Assembly: GCF_018977255.1 (NCBI RefSeq)
Contig: NW_024704742.1
Coordinates: forward strand, 130,512,001 to 130,576,000
From: Callorhinchus milii
Lineage: Eukaryota
Direction: 5' to 3'
DNA length: 64,000 bases
Below are positions 1 through 36,200 of the stretch, in pieces; position 1 is the stretch's first letter; each line of letters starts with the position of its first letter. The position numbers were made by a program, and so were the translations under genes. The notes beneath the pieces were generated by a model. That model was given only the letters and a program-made list of their open reading frames with translations. It searched no databases and had not been told where the DNA came from.

Positions 1-159
1 AAGAGAAAAAGGGGGAGACCTTTAAGCTCTGTCAATGCATAAACGCAAGTTGTTGTTGTCAGTGGGCAATTTTAACAGTGAAAAATTGTGGTGTAAAAAC
101 TGAAAAAAAACAATCTGTACAGTTAAATCAATAGATTATTTGAACACTTAGAAAGTGAT

Positions 160-540
160 TTTTTGGGTGATCAGCTGGATGTCCGACATGCACCCATCAC
201 CGTGCATCCCACCTACACATGGAAATGCATCCCACCTACACATGGAAATCTCAGGGATAGATTGTTGGAATGGAATGCACACTCTCTCCCTGGAGGGACG
301 CATCCTGGTTACCTGATTCCAGAAAATGTTAGGGACAGGTTGCCAAGGCTTGGGGACCCCAGAGTGTGTGTTGGAACTGCTGGAGTCTAACCAGCTAAAA
401 ATGCATAGCTTGCCATTGATATTGCTGTCTGGTAAGCTTTCCCGCTGCTTGTACAGCTAGCACCACTCTACCCGTTAGGGCTTTGTTTTGCAGGCTTAAC
501 AGGAGCGGAGTGGGATGACTCCCTGACCCCAGTGACTGGG
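160..540 (+). repeat. Unclassified dispersed repeat (related pieces at 35770-36012, 42745-42825 and 53335-53640)
   Basis: Direct visual alignment between the copies; internal 23-nt tandem duplication at 203-248. Confidence 0.7.
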
Positions 541-754
541 GTGACTGCCCTTACAGGTCCTACCGATGAGCCAAGGCTATGATTGGACCATAAAAAAGGC
601 ATCAATTACATCAAGTAATTGGTTTAATACAATTATCATTGGGTACCCTAATTCGGGGAGGTGCTCAATTCCCAAAAAAGGAGCATCATGTGCTCGCAGT
701 CGCTATTTTTCAACCCGATGATAACAAAGATACGTGCTCTGACTATTAATGAGT

Positions 755-1690
755 AGTATCTATTTTTCTGCTTCCACCCTCAACTCCAGGACCACTGCTG
801 TCCTGACAGACTGCCGGTCGGACATCAAGTCCTGAATGAGGGCAAACTTGCTACAGTTGAATGTGAACAAGACTGAGGCCCTCCTGATTGGCTCACGCCA
901 GCGGCTCTGCATCTCAGGTTCTGGCAGCATCAACCTCCATGGTTGCACATCAACTCACCAAGTCAGTCAGGAACCTCGGTGTCTTGTTCAACCCTCAACT
1001 GTCTTTTCTCCCCCACATCCAAGCCATGACCCGCTCCGCCTTCCCTCACCTCCGTAACATGGCCCGACTCCACCACTACCTCACCCCTCAGGCCGCTGAA
1101 ACTCTTGTTCATACCTTCATCACCTCCAGGCTCGACTATGCAAACGCCCTGCTTGTCGGCCTTCCCAACTCCTCCCTCCACAGGCTGCGGACAATCCAGA
1201 ATTCTGCAGCCCGTGTCTTCTCCAGCACCAAACTCCGTGACCCCATCTCCCCCGACTTCATTGGCTCACTATCCTTCAGAGGATCCAGTTCAAGATCCTG
1301 GTCTTCACCTACAAAGCCCTCCATGGCCTCACCCCACCTTACCTTTGCGACCTCCTAACCCCCTATCAACCCGCCCGCGCTCTCCGCTCAGCCGGCTCTG
1401 GCTGCTCCACGTTCCCCCTCCCACCCACCCCACCACTGGCGGGAGAGCCTTCAACCACTCTGCCCCCAACCTCTGGAATTCCATCCCCCAATCACTCTGC
1501 CTCGCCCCCTCCTTAGCCTCCTTCAAGTCTCGCCTCAAGACCCTCCTCTTCGACCATGCCATCAGCCACCCCCTTTCTCCCCCCCAACCTCAGCTCGAGT
1601 CTGAAATGCTGTACACTGTCCAGCACCTTGGGACGTCCTCCTGACGTGAAAGGCGGTATACAAATGTGATTTTGTTGATGTTGTTGTAGT
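755..1690 (+). mobile_element. L2-clade LINE, 5'-truncated, decayed ORF2 C-terminus plus 3' tail
   Basis: [65 protein letters not shown] with frameshifts; tail gggacgtcctcctgacgtgaaaggcg...ttgttgt. Confidence 0.88.
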
Positions 1691-2308
1691 AGTCAGAGGT
1701 TGGTTCTTTGTGCACTTTTACATTAATTCCATTACAAGCGGCTGCTAACGTGTGTAGTTTAAGTGTGATTTGCTGAAATGCTGTACTCTGTCCAGCGACT
1801 TGGGACATCTTCCTGACGTGAAAGGCGCTATACAAATGTAATCTTAATTAAAATTAATTGTAAAACAGAATTGTAAAACACAAACAGGATCAGCCTAAGT
1901 CACAAAGGTGAAAAATACACCTGATTGACTGAAGCTTCCCAATTTGCTTTGATTTAAAGAATAATTGGTAGTACCTGTGGTCGTGGTAGAACTCATTAGT
2001 CAAGTTATACCTAGTTATAGTGACTTGCATTCAGTAGTCAGGATTCAACACAGAGGATACCCAGTACACTGCAAGGGAGAGTGAGCCATATCGTGGGTGT
2101 ACACATAAGGATGAACCATCACATGGATGGTTCTACACATAGAAACATCTTTATAGACCACCTACAAATTGTACTCGACTCGATCTACCAAAGCCACTAA
2201 TAGTAATGCGATGCACAGCCGGTAATGAGTGAGTGGCTAAAGCTGAGGAGCGCTTTATGACTGCCAATACCTAACGTGAGTGATGATTTCAATTAACTCT
2301 CCTGCAGC

Positions 2309-2545
2309 ACAACAACAACAACAACAACTTGCATTTATAATAGCGCCCTTTACACGGGGTCGCGCCCCGGAGCGCTTGACGGCGGTGGAGTCTGACAACG
2401 AGCCCGAGGCGGTGTGTGTGTGTGTGTGGGGGTGACCGTAAGTACGATCAAAAAAAAGAGGAAGGTCTTCGGGTGGGATTTGTGGTTGAAGTGGGAGAGG
2501 ACGTGGCGGAGGGATTGAGGGAGAGTTCCAGAGGGGGTTGGGATC
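2309..2545 (-). mobile_element. L2 3'-end fragment in NUDT2 intron
   Basis: (ACA)n tail plus gcgctattataaatgcaag on the minus strand, preceded by ctctggaactctc and aagaccttcctc motifs. Confidence 0.65.
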
Positions 2546-2546
2546 A

Positions 2547-3480
<934 letters not shown>

Positions 3481-3977
3481 CGCTCGCTCCCTCCCTCCCT
3501 CCCCCGACTCCTCACAGCCGTTACAGTCCTGTCCTTTTCAACCACATTCACGCTCTGTAGAGCTGGGACTTGATGGGGGACCTCGTGCCTCAAAAAAAAA
3601 GGTGCATTTCAGCCTTTTTATACATATATATATATATACCGCGTGAAGTGACTCAATAATCTCAGCCCTCGTTACGCTGCCGCCAACCGCCACTCCCCCC
3701 CCCCTCTCCCCTCCCCCCCCCACTGTGTGCCTTTCCCAACTCGTTATAATAATTGTTATTAATGGGGAAAAAAGTTCCAGGAGCACCGCTCGTCGAAGAA
3801 AAAAAAGCGGGCGGGTGGCTATCCGCTGACTCTGCTCGTGTTATGCCACTTTTGAAAGGTAAAGAATGTGTGTATTTTTAAAAAATATATATATATATCA
3901 CAACAAAAGGCAAAAATAACGTGTGGTGGGTGTCTAAAAATCAATCAATCGATAAATAAAACCACGGGCTGTGTACT

Positions 3978-4200
3978 GTAATAATAATAATAATAATAAT
4001 ACGTGCATTTGATATAGCGCTTTTCACGTCGGGAGGACGTCCCAAAGCGCTTCACAGAACACACTGTAAAGTTAATTGACTGTATATTTGTGGGCGAACG
4101 CGGCGGCCAATTGCGCACAGCAATGTCCCACAAACAGTCGTGGATTGAAAATGACCAATTTAATTATTGTTTTTTGTTTTGGAGGGATTATTATTAGGTG
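3978..4200 (-). mobile_element. SINE, 5'-truncated (Deu-like body, L2-type tail, (TTA)n)
   Basis: ctgtttgtgggacattgctgtgcgcaattggc...gggacgtcctcccgacgtgaaaagcgctatatcaaatgca; near-identical to copies at 7850, 46290 and 54922. Confidence 0.85.
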
Positions 4201-4284
4201 TACTGTAGTAGCTCGGGGGCGGTGGTGGGGGGGTTCAGTTATGTGAGTGTACTGTACTTTTTTTTCAAAGAAATACACTGCAAT

Positions 4285-4830
4285 CTTCCCTCTACAAAAC
4301 TGCAGATCATCGAGAACTCCGCAGCTCGTGTCCTCTTGGGCACCCCAGGCTCTGTGACCCCATCACCCCCACCCTTGCCCGGCTCCCCATAGAGGATAGA
4401 GTTCGAAATCCTCGTCTTCACCTTCAAGGCCTTCCGTGGCCTTGCCACTTCCTACCGCTCCGACCTACTAACAACCCCTTATCAACCTTTCTGCTCAACA
4501 GGCGCCTGCTCCGTGTCCCCCGCCCGGCTTGTCCCACCATCGCCAATCGGGCCTTCAGCCTCTCTGCCCCCAACCTTCGAAACTCCATCCCACATTTCCT
4601 TCGCCTCACTCCCCCCCTTGCCTCCTTCAAGGCACGTCTCAAGACCCTCCTCTTCGACCGTGCTTTCAAGGCACGTCTCAAGACTCTTCTCTTCGGCCAC
4701 CCTCCCTGCCCTCCACCCTCCCTTACCCCAACACCCCCCAGCCTCCCGCTCGGATACAAATCTGTGATTGTCCAGCGCCTTGGGACACCCTCCCGAAGTG
4801 AAAAGCGCTATACAAATGTAATTTTGTATT
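4285..4830 (+). mobile_element. L2 3' fragment
   Basis: LQIIENSAARV, RIEFEILVFTFKA motifs and L2 tail; internal tandem duplication of ttcaaggcacgtctcaaga. Confidence 0.8.
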
Positions 4831-5197
4831 CTATGTCCAAATACATAAATAAATATGGCCAGAGTATTGACAGATGATGATTTAAGTGGTAATGACAAGT
4901 TGTGCCAGAGTCATGTTATCAGGAGTTTGCTGTATTATCAAGTAATCGAGTTCAAGTTATCAAGAGTGTATTGTATGAGGGGGGAATAGAGTATACGCTC
5001 CACTGCATAATTGAGGGAGCTGTTAAACATGTTAAAGATCCCATGATACTATTTGAAAAGAGAAGGGATTTTTACCTCTGCCTGTCACCAATCCTCTTTG
5101 AAAAAAATGATCATTCACTTGGCTTTCTGCATGATTTTGTTGCCTGCATTTGCCTACAAAAACAGTCACTTGATAAAAACAACTGAAACTCTGAAGC

Positions 5198-5365
5198 ATG
5201 GTGGAGTCCTGTAGGCTTAGCGGTTAGAGCACTCGCCTCCCAAATGAGAGGACCTGGGTTCGATTCCCTGACAGAGTGAAACGTTGTACAAGTTTCCTTA
5301 CTCCACATACCTCTGTTTACCTGGCAGTAAGTAGGAACCCGGTTGTTAGTCAATTGATGGATCAA
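5198..5365 (+). mobile_element. tRNA-derived SINE head plus internal module
   Basis: A-box-like ggcttagcggttagagca, B-box gggttcgattccc, then gtttacctggcagtaagtaggaacccgg. Confidence 0.75.
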
Positions 5366-5546
5366 TTGACTAAAAATTTGGTAGAATTTGGTAATTGAAG
5401 AGAATTTGGTAATTGAAGCTTTCTTCTAGTTATACTAAAGGATTATGTTAAACGTCCTTCTGAAGTGGTAAGACTCTATATCAAATACAACGATTATTAT
5501 TAAATTGAAAACTTTTATTTCTTCCAGTGGTGACAGAGCCAAAGGT

Positions 5547-28504
<22,958 letters not shown>

Positions 28505-29668
28505 AACCTAAGTACCTCTATCTTAGAAATAGTTATTTAGTCTTTGACTGATAGCAGGATATCCAGATAACAGTGCCTATACTTAAATCTGATTACTACA
28601 TCTTGCACTCAACTGGAAAATACTAAATTAAATTTTTGCACAGCTTTACCATTTGGAATCAAACTGTAAAACTGCTTTGCAGAAAACATTTGCTAGCTCT
28701 TAAATACTTCCTTGTGATACCAGGCTCCTGCACATGCAACATTGGAAGCATTTGAAATAATGCTAATTTGAAATAATAGTGTGGTTAATAGTTTATTTCA
28801 TACTAACTGTACATCTTGCAGTTTCGCTTGCAACCAAAGGATCCAATATGGAATGTAGATTCACACAGTCAGACATTTCATCTTTATCTATACTCATCTG
28901 GAAGGACTCAGTGGGAGGAATCTGGGCTTTAAAAATGTAATTTTGTTGTTGTTGCCGTGGCTTAGCTTTGTCTGTGCTCTTTATTTTGTTCCCACCGCTT
29001 GGCTCTGTGTGCTTTGTGACGCAAGATGCCACAGCACCAGTCACGCGGCGTGGCCACATGGGTGCGTACATAGGTGCTCTGTGCCGCCCGATGCCACAGC
29101 GTCACTTTGACTCGGTGGCCACCAGATGTAACTAGCGAAAAACACAAAACTGAAAATAACTCATGAACGATAGGAGATATCGGAAAACAAATATGCCCAT
29201 GTCTCTCCAGTTACAAGGTCTTTCCCATGAGGTAATAATGTCTCTAAATCAATCAGTTATCGAGATCCTTCTTGAAGTTCAAACAGGTTTTGTTTTTTTA
29301 TATATATAAATAGAACTTGTATTTTTATAGTGCCTTATATCTCTCAAGCACTTTACAGTAATTATCAAGTGTAGTGACTGATTGTGGGGGCAGTGTTCAA
29401 GGGACAAGTTGAAGGCATCAGCTATTCAATTATTCACTACACTTGACAGTAACTAGGGTTACTTTATAACCTGGACCAGATATGATTTTGAATAATTTCA
29501 GTCATGAGAAGAATCATAAAAAGAAATGTAACAGCAAAGCATTGGTGATGTGGATCCTGTTGTAAGCCCCAGAGCCCAGAGTTCATGATCCAGCCTGAAG
29601 TGACTGTGCATTGTGGAGAGGAGTTAAACTAAAGTCTGTTTGCTTGTTCTGTTGGTGCTGATAGATGT

Positions 29669-29674
29669 AATAAA
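29669..29674 (+). terminator. Candidate KIF24 poly(A) signal AATAAA
   Basis: AATAAA about 1.2 kb after the KIF24 stop; another at 30153. Confidence 0.3.
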
Positions 29675-32065
29675 GCACAGGCCTTTATTTCAAAACATAA
29701 GAGTCCTTCTGTTATCCTGGTCAATATTTCTCCTCTGGGTTGTTTTTATGATGTACTCTGTATTGACCATAGCAACATATTTGTCCTCTGGTTTAACAAA
29801 AGATGGTGGTAGAAAGTTTTCCGCAGCTCAGCTGGACATTAGACATGGTATTTTCAAATGTTTCCAACTCCCGTGAAACACATACTTTTAGGAATGAATT
29901 AAGCCTGGAGAAACCAATAATGGATTAAGCAGATTCCTGACATCTCAAAAAGTTTAATACTGTACTTTATCAGACTTTGTTATAGATTGAATCTATGAAG
30001 TATTTTAATGTCAACACCATTTATATTTTCATCCAAGTGGTTGAAACTGCAAAAATCTTTGATTTGTTATTTTCTATTAAAATTCTATTCAGTAAATGTG
30101 AATATTTTTCATGTATAAATGTTAGAAAACTTAAGTTATTTAGAGACAACTTAATAAATTGAAAACATTTCTTATTTAAAATTGATTGCGGACTGTTTGA
30201 AAATGTCAAGTGAATGTGATTATCAGTACCACTCCCACCCGCCTATGACTATTTCTGGAATACAGATAACATTTAGTGTCCCATCGTAGAGGAAGGTAAA
30301 CATATATAATCAAAGTGCTTTGTGTTCATGAACATATATTTTTGCTGATTTTATTTGAGCTCCTTTACTATAAACACTATCTGTTTAAACAGAAATATTC
30401 AAAATCTTAAACACTGAGACAGTTTAATGAATAATTCTTTGACTTCATTTTGAAAAGTGGAAGCACTCATGACAGTCATTTTAATGTGAGGGGAGCAGGC
30501 AAAGGACAGTGGGTCTGACCTCTGTCCTCAACACTATGATTTGGAAAGGTGAAACAACTCACTGAAAAGCTACACTTCCCAAAACATTAAATCAAGTTTG
30601 GATCGAAATAATGAAAAGTCAACAAGTCAAACCCATCTACTCATAATCCTGAATCAAATACATTGATGTTAATGTGCTATTACAATAGTTTTGCTCTTTA
30701 TAGTCGTTAGAATATGCAAAAAAAAGTCATCCTAGTTTTAAATGAAGGTCATGCATTTTGCTGAAACTCAATGTAGTACACAAAGTCCTGGACTATACAC
30801 ACAAAGCATGCTATCCGCTTTTAACAGCAGAATGTTTACTGGGCAGTGTTGCTTTGTTTGTTTGGATACTTCACTAAACTGATGCATTTTGTGTAGGTGC
30901 ACCACAACAAAATCTTTAATATCAACACTGATCACAGAATTACTGTTGTCCATCTCAAAAAGATTCTATAGGTTTTAATTAGAACAAATTTTAAAAAATA
31001 AGGACATGAAAAAGGTCTGCGCCTGGAAACTAGTCCACCTATACAATTTTGTTTCTGCTACAGGGAAATAAACCAATGGGCAAGTCAAGTTCAAATCATA
31101 ATTGACTAGTTCGCTGCCGCTGGAACTACCAGATTAAGACACTTCAATTCAAATTAAAATGTTCATAAATGCTTAAAATATTCACTCTAAATACACATTA
31201 ATTCCTACCATAAAATAGCGTAGTATATTTTAGCTCTGATAGAAAAAATATTTAAATTTATATACAGAAAATTAGGATTTTTTTTAGAGGCATCCAGGTT
31301 TAAAAGTTAAATACTGTACATATAATACAATGCTGCTAGGAATTTCCATGTTCAGTGGAGGTGATTACAATTACAGGCCTTTGTTTACTTGTTCTGATCC
31401 AGAAACATATGAGGGGCGAGAGGACATGATCCAAGTCTTTAAAGTGATTGGGTTATAGATGAAAGCAGTCTATTTGTAATTTTATCCTAGGTTTACTTCT
31501 CATAGTCAATGTCCAAAATGGTGTGATTAGATTCCACCCCCACCACCCACATACACACACAAGTACCACCATCACAAGTAGTAGGATAGTGGGATGTGTA
31601 ATAGTTGCCAACAAAAGTTGATGCAGTGATTAACTGCATTAAATAAAGATAAGTATTAAATATTAAGATATTAAATAGTGATAAGGTGCTATATCAAATC
31701 CGAGGATTATTATTATTATTGTTATATAGATGCAGACTGAGATGAAGAAATTCACCTCAGCATATTTTTATGCAGAGCTTTCCTCCAGGAGTGTGCATGG
31801 TGAGTTAAATTTTAGCTATAGAAGGAAAGGTTGAATATCCATCTCATGCCATTTGTTAGTTCTCAAGTAACGAAATTCAAAAGTACTAGAGCGAGCAAAA
31901 ATTCTAACCCATCGATCGGTATTAACAGCACTTCCAAAATATTTGTTTCTATTTTCTTGTCAATGTTCCCGCACTGTTCATTTGGATGCAAGCTAAAGTT
32001 ACAGCAGTCGCAAAGCTACCGCTTAAAAGCTAATCAACCAACACAACTGCGTTTTACTTTAAGGT

Positions 32066-32071
32066 TTTATT
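32066..32071 (-). terminator. Candidate UBAP1 poly(A) signal (AATAAA on minus strand)
   Basis: TTTATT on plus strand about 1.1 kb downstream of the UBAP1 stop; other candidates exist. Confidence 0.35.
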
Positions 32072-33146
32072 AGTACCTTTTTAGCAGAATCAAAATTGTA
32101 AGTAACGTCTAAGATTCAGAAAAGCTGCTGCTGTTTGAAGATCTGTGAAACATTACAATGCAGAACAATGTAACATTTGTTCTAATATGAAAAGAGATTT
32201 TTTTTGCTGTTAATATTAAAGATTAATGTTAAACACTCCAGAACTACAGCAGTGAGGAAGACATTATGGAACGTTTGACAACAGTGTAAATGAAGCAAGT
32301 GCAGCGGCAACACCAAAATATAAAGAAAGTGCTTAAATAGTTGAGAAATTTCACCTCACGCTGCAATTCATTTAAGAGCCTATGAATAGATTTCCTATAA
32401 GGGAATCTGTATAAGACAGACCCATTTGGGGATGGAGGGCAGCAATAGATCAATGCAGAGCTTGCCTTATTTTGTTCAAAGTTTTGGGCTTCCCCTCCCA
32501 TTGTGTTTCCCAAACATCATGCAGAGTTGGCAACACTCTGTACCCAGCGAGTGACAGAGGACAGGCTAGCCCCACTCTGTTCCTATTGCACTATGGGTTA
32601 CTGAATTCAAATACAACTTTTACAATAGTCTACAGGCCAGTAAATGTAGTCTTTGACACAGGACAAAAAGCAGCTTTTAACCTGGGAACATTGCTATTAT
32701 CCAGCTTTTCCACTCACCTAAACAAACTTCAGTGCAAGAGTGTAAGATGCACAATCTTATATTATTTGGGGAGGGGGGAGGAAACAGAAACAAATCTCAG
32801 AATTCAATTTAATCTTCCCATGCCCATTGATGAGAAAAGTGGGCGAGACATGTCTGCCATATTGTGACCACTTCTCCTTTCATCTCTGAATGAGGCAATA
32901 ATCAAAATATTAGGGCTACCACATGCCATCTTGTGCATATATTCATCTCCATCTTCCTTGTGAAGCATGCAGTGCCTCTGGATCCATTTGATATCGCTCT
33001 CTCCCTTCCCCCAACAAACAAAAAATATATTTAAAAGAAAACAGCCATGCTTGTATAAACAGAGCTGGAAACTGAATAGTAAATGGGCAGATTTTTGTTC
33101 TCTTCTCTGTGCTCTCAATCAGGCTGAGATGGGAGAAGAATCGCCT

Positions 33147-33287
33147 TCAACTTGCTCCTGCACGAGCCATTAAGTCTTCCAGCGCTTTCTCCTGATCATT
33201 CTTATGAAATAGAAGAACTTCCTTAATAACTCCGTGTTCAAAGCCCATTTCTCTGAACTTCGACATGAGCTGAAGAAACTTCAGAGC
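33147..33287 (-). CDS. UBAP1: UBAP1 last coding exon
   Basis: [46 protein letters not shown] then TGA. Confidence 0.95.
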   Translation of the reverse strand, partial: ALKFLQLMSKFREMGFEHGVIKEVLLFHKNDQEKALEDLMARAGAS

Positions 33288-36200
33288 CTGAAAAGAGAAA
33301 AAACAAGATCATTTCCACTCATTTTGTACATATACACGCAATGGCCGAGGTCAAGTGACTTGTTCCCAATTCCCTCCTGAAAATGAAACTGCTTTCCGGA
33401 AAGTTTGCAAACAAAATTCACTTGGGAAACTTGCTCAGATTTTTTTTTGCTTGACAGTGAAACAGCTTGTTTAACGATTGCTGTAAGTGGCGAATTCTAT
33501 ACTCCAACCTCTTTGTGCATAAGGGCACCCAACTTCCTCTGTGTCAACTTGCCTCCACCTCAAGATTTTACAGCACATTTGGACATCAATCTACTTAACT
33601 AATCTGATTAGCAGACATTCCTTCATCAAGGATATAAAGGGTGTACATGGAGCATCCGTCTCAAATACATATTGTATCCTATTTTAGCACTTTCCAACAT
33701 GCTTTTAAGAGGATTGAGAATGAGCCCAGCAAAATAAAGTTGGCAGAACTCAAAGAACAGAACAGTTATGGGAGACACTTACTAAAGCCACCAATAAAGT
33801 TAGTGTTACGCTGCTACAAATAGATACCATCTTGGCAAGAAGCTGCTATATAGTGAAGTGCCAGCACATCTAAATGTTCCAAACCCAGAGCACTGAACAA
33901 GGTGTCCCCCACAACGAGGCAAAAATAATATTTTTTACATCCTGAAATCAAATTGTGAGTAATCTTTATAAGCGTTACCAAATTAGAAACAAGGTTTATG
34001 CTCTCGATATGTAGCTGGAGTTGCTCTGCTGACAGCAGTGAAATTACTTCAACAGTAATAATCTATTTATGTTGATTTCAAAAGGCACAATTCTACTGTG
34101 ATCACAAGGTAGTGATTTCCTGTCAGACGGGCCAAACACATCGTGACTAATTTGAACTCATTTGTGACTTTTTGAGGCTCAGGGTCACGCAGAACAAACA
34201 CCACTTCTGATAGCATTTGTCAGCTAATTGTTTACAGTGTAGCTGGACATTCTATGAATCTATGAAAATCTATGAATCTAGACAGCATTCAAACTCAAAA
34301 CAACACTGATAACCTACATTTAAGAGACTTAGCAATAAATTATTCATTTTGTACTCTTAGCAAGATCAATGGGTTCCTTAGAACAGCAACTGGATAACCA
34401 CAATGTGGGTTACATTATTTATTTTACAAGTAAATTCAAATTTAAAATTAGCTAATCTACATACCCGAACCTCTACCATGTTCCACTTAATATTAACATA
34501 GAAATTCTAGTGAACAGACCACAAAGAAAAAGTGATGGCCGACTCACTTTTGGTTCGGAACATCTATACACCTCCAGGCCCTCTTCCACTAACGCTGGTT
34601 CATAGCCCCGCTCACAGAGTCGTCCATGTACATATAAGTAATCAAGCACCTGGGAGGGAGAGGTTAGAGTTCATCAATTCCAATTAGAGCACAAACTTAA
34701 TTTCTGCATAAAACTATGCTCAACATTTATAGCAGCAGTTTCCCTTTTTACAGAGGCTGAATATGACACAATCATAAAAACCTGAATGTTTACAGTATGG
34801 GAGACCATTTGACTTGTATTTGATATAATATATATTCTATATAAATGAATAAGAGGAAACAAAGCATGTATTTCCCACACTATTAGTCAAGGTCCATTTT
34901 ACTGCCATCCCAGGGGACTTAAAACAAACAGTCCAAAGATATCTCATAGCTCCAAAACTCTTCTCCTTTAAGACGCATCTTTCCCCAGTAACACTATGTA
35001 CATTACAGCTAAAAATAAGCTTCAAAACTAGTTTTCTTTAAATTCAAAGCTTACAAAAAAAGAATACTCCCTCTTAACAAATCCCACTTTAACCAATGAA
35101 TATCTCCCAACCTTACCTGTTCTAAGTTTTCGCCTCGCTTCTGCATGGCTTTTATTACATTCTCACAGGAGTATCCCATGCTAACAATTGTTTCCGCACA
35201 ATGCCTTTGACTTGGAGACAACACTTTAAGGAAGTCTGGAAACTCCCCTCTACTTGGTGATGTTTTCGTATTTCCCAAACATACGGTAGGTGATTCTGCT
35301 GGGGTGGGGTGGCTTTGAGAATTAACCTATGCAGAAGAAAGGAAATATGAGTTGAATACACTATAGTGATCTTTAATTCCAATATGTACAGTTAAATGTC
35401 ATTGAAATACCTCCCAAATGGCAATTTGGAAAATATGGGGGGGGGGGGGCGGGGGAGTTTTTTTTCACTAAAGAAACTTTTCTGTTCATTAAGGTTAAAG
35501 ACCACTGAAGTTAATTTTTATTAACAAAATAAAAACCTCTGTATTTTTAGGAATTTGTTTTGTATTTTTAATCCTTCTTGGGGAGGGGGATGGGGAGGTG
35601 ACCAGGGTTCCTTGGAGCTGAACTAACAGCGAAGTCATCCACAAAATACAATCAATTCACTTTACAGTATTTCCTGTGAAGCGCTTTGTAACGTCTCGAT
35701 GATGTGATAAGGCGCTAAATCAAATGGAAGGTTTATTATTATTTATTAAGGTGATGTACTTGACAACAGAATATCGGAATCGAGACATCCCACCGGGGCA
35801 GTCTTGGTAGTCCAGTTCCTGGGACTGGCGGGTCCACAGTACTCCCAAGACCCTGCTGATGATAGACCAGCCAGCATGGCTCAACAGTAGGAATTGAAGA
35901 GGCAGACTGGGGCCAGGGATTCTTCCCACTCAGCTCCTGTTAACCCTACAAGCCAAAGCTCTAACATGTAAGGTGGTCTCAGATGGACAAGCAGTGGAAA
36001 GCTTGCCAGACAATTTTGTGTTTTTAAAAAAAGGAAGAAAAAGGCAAGAAAGAAAATGGGGAAATTATGAAAATTGGGATTTATCTTGGAATGCTGAACA
36101 CTCAAGAATACAGACAGATACAGCAGAACTCAACTAAAAGGTGGCTATTGGGACACAGACAATTCTAATCTGTCTTATCACAGGACATGATCAAGATTGG

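Noticed and set aside
836..1644. Overlapping 70-270 aa ORFs here and at about 6600-8500, 13850-15050, 23186-25123 and 59637-60849 as novel genes
   Set aside because: They are frameshifted L2 ORF2 fragments or their alternative and antisense frames.
29113..29132. CTCF-like motif tggccaccagatgtaac
   Set aside because: The 3' half departs from the GGCRS consensus; too weak without data.
35437..35455. Poly-G run as a G-quadruplex element
   Set aside because: Simple homopolymer, C-rich on the transcribed strand; no further support.
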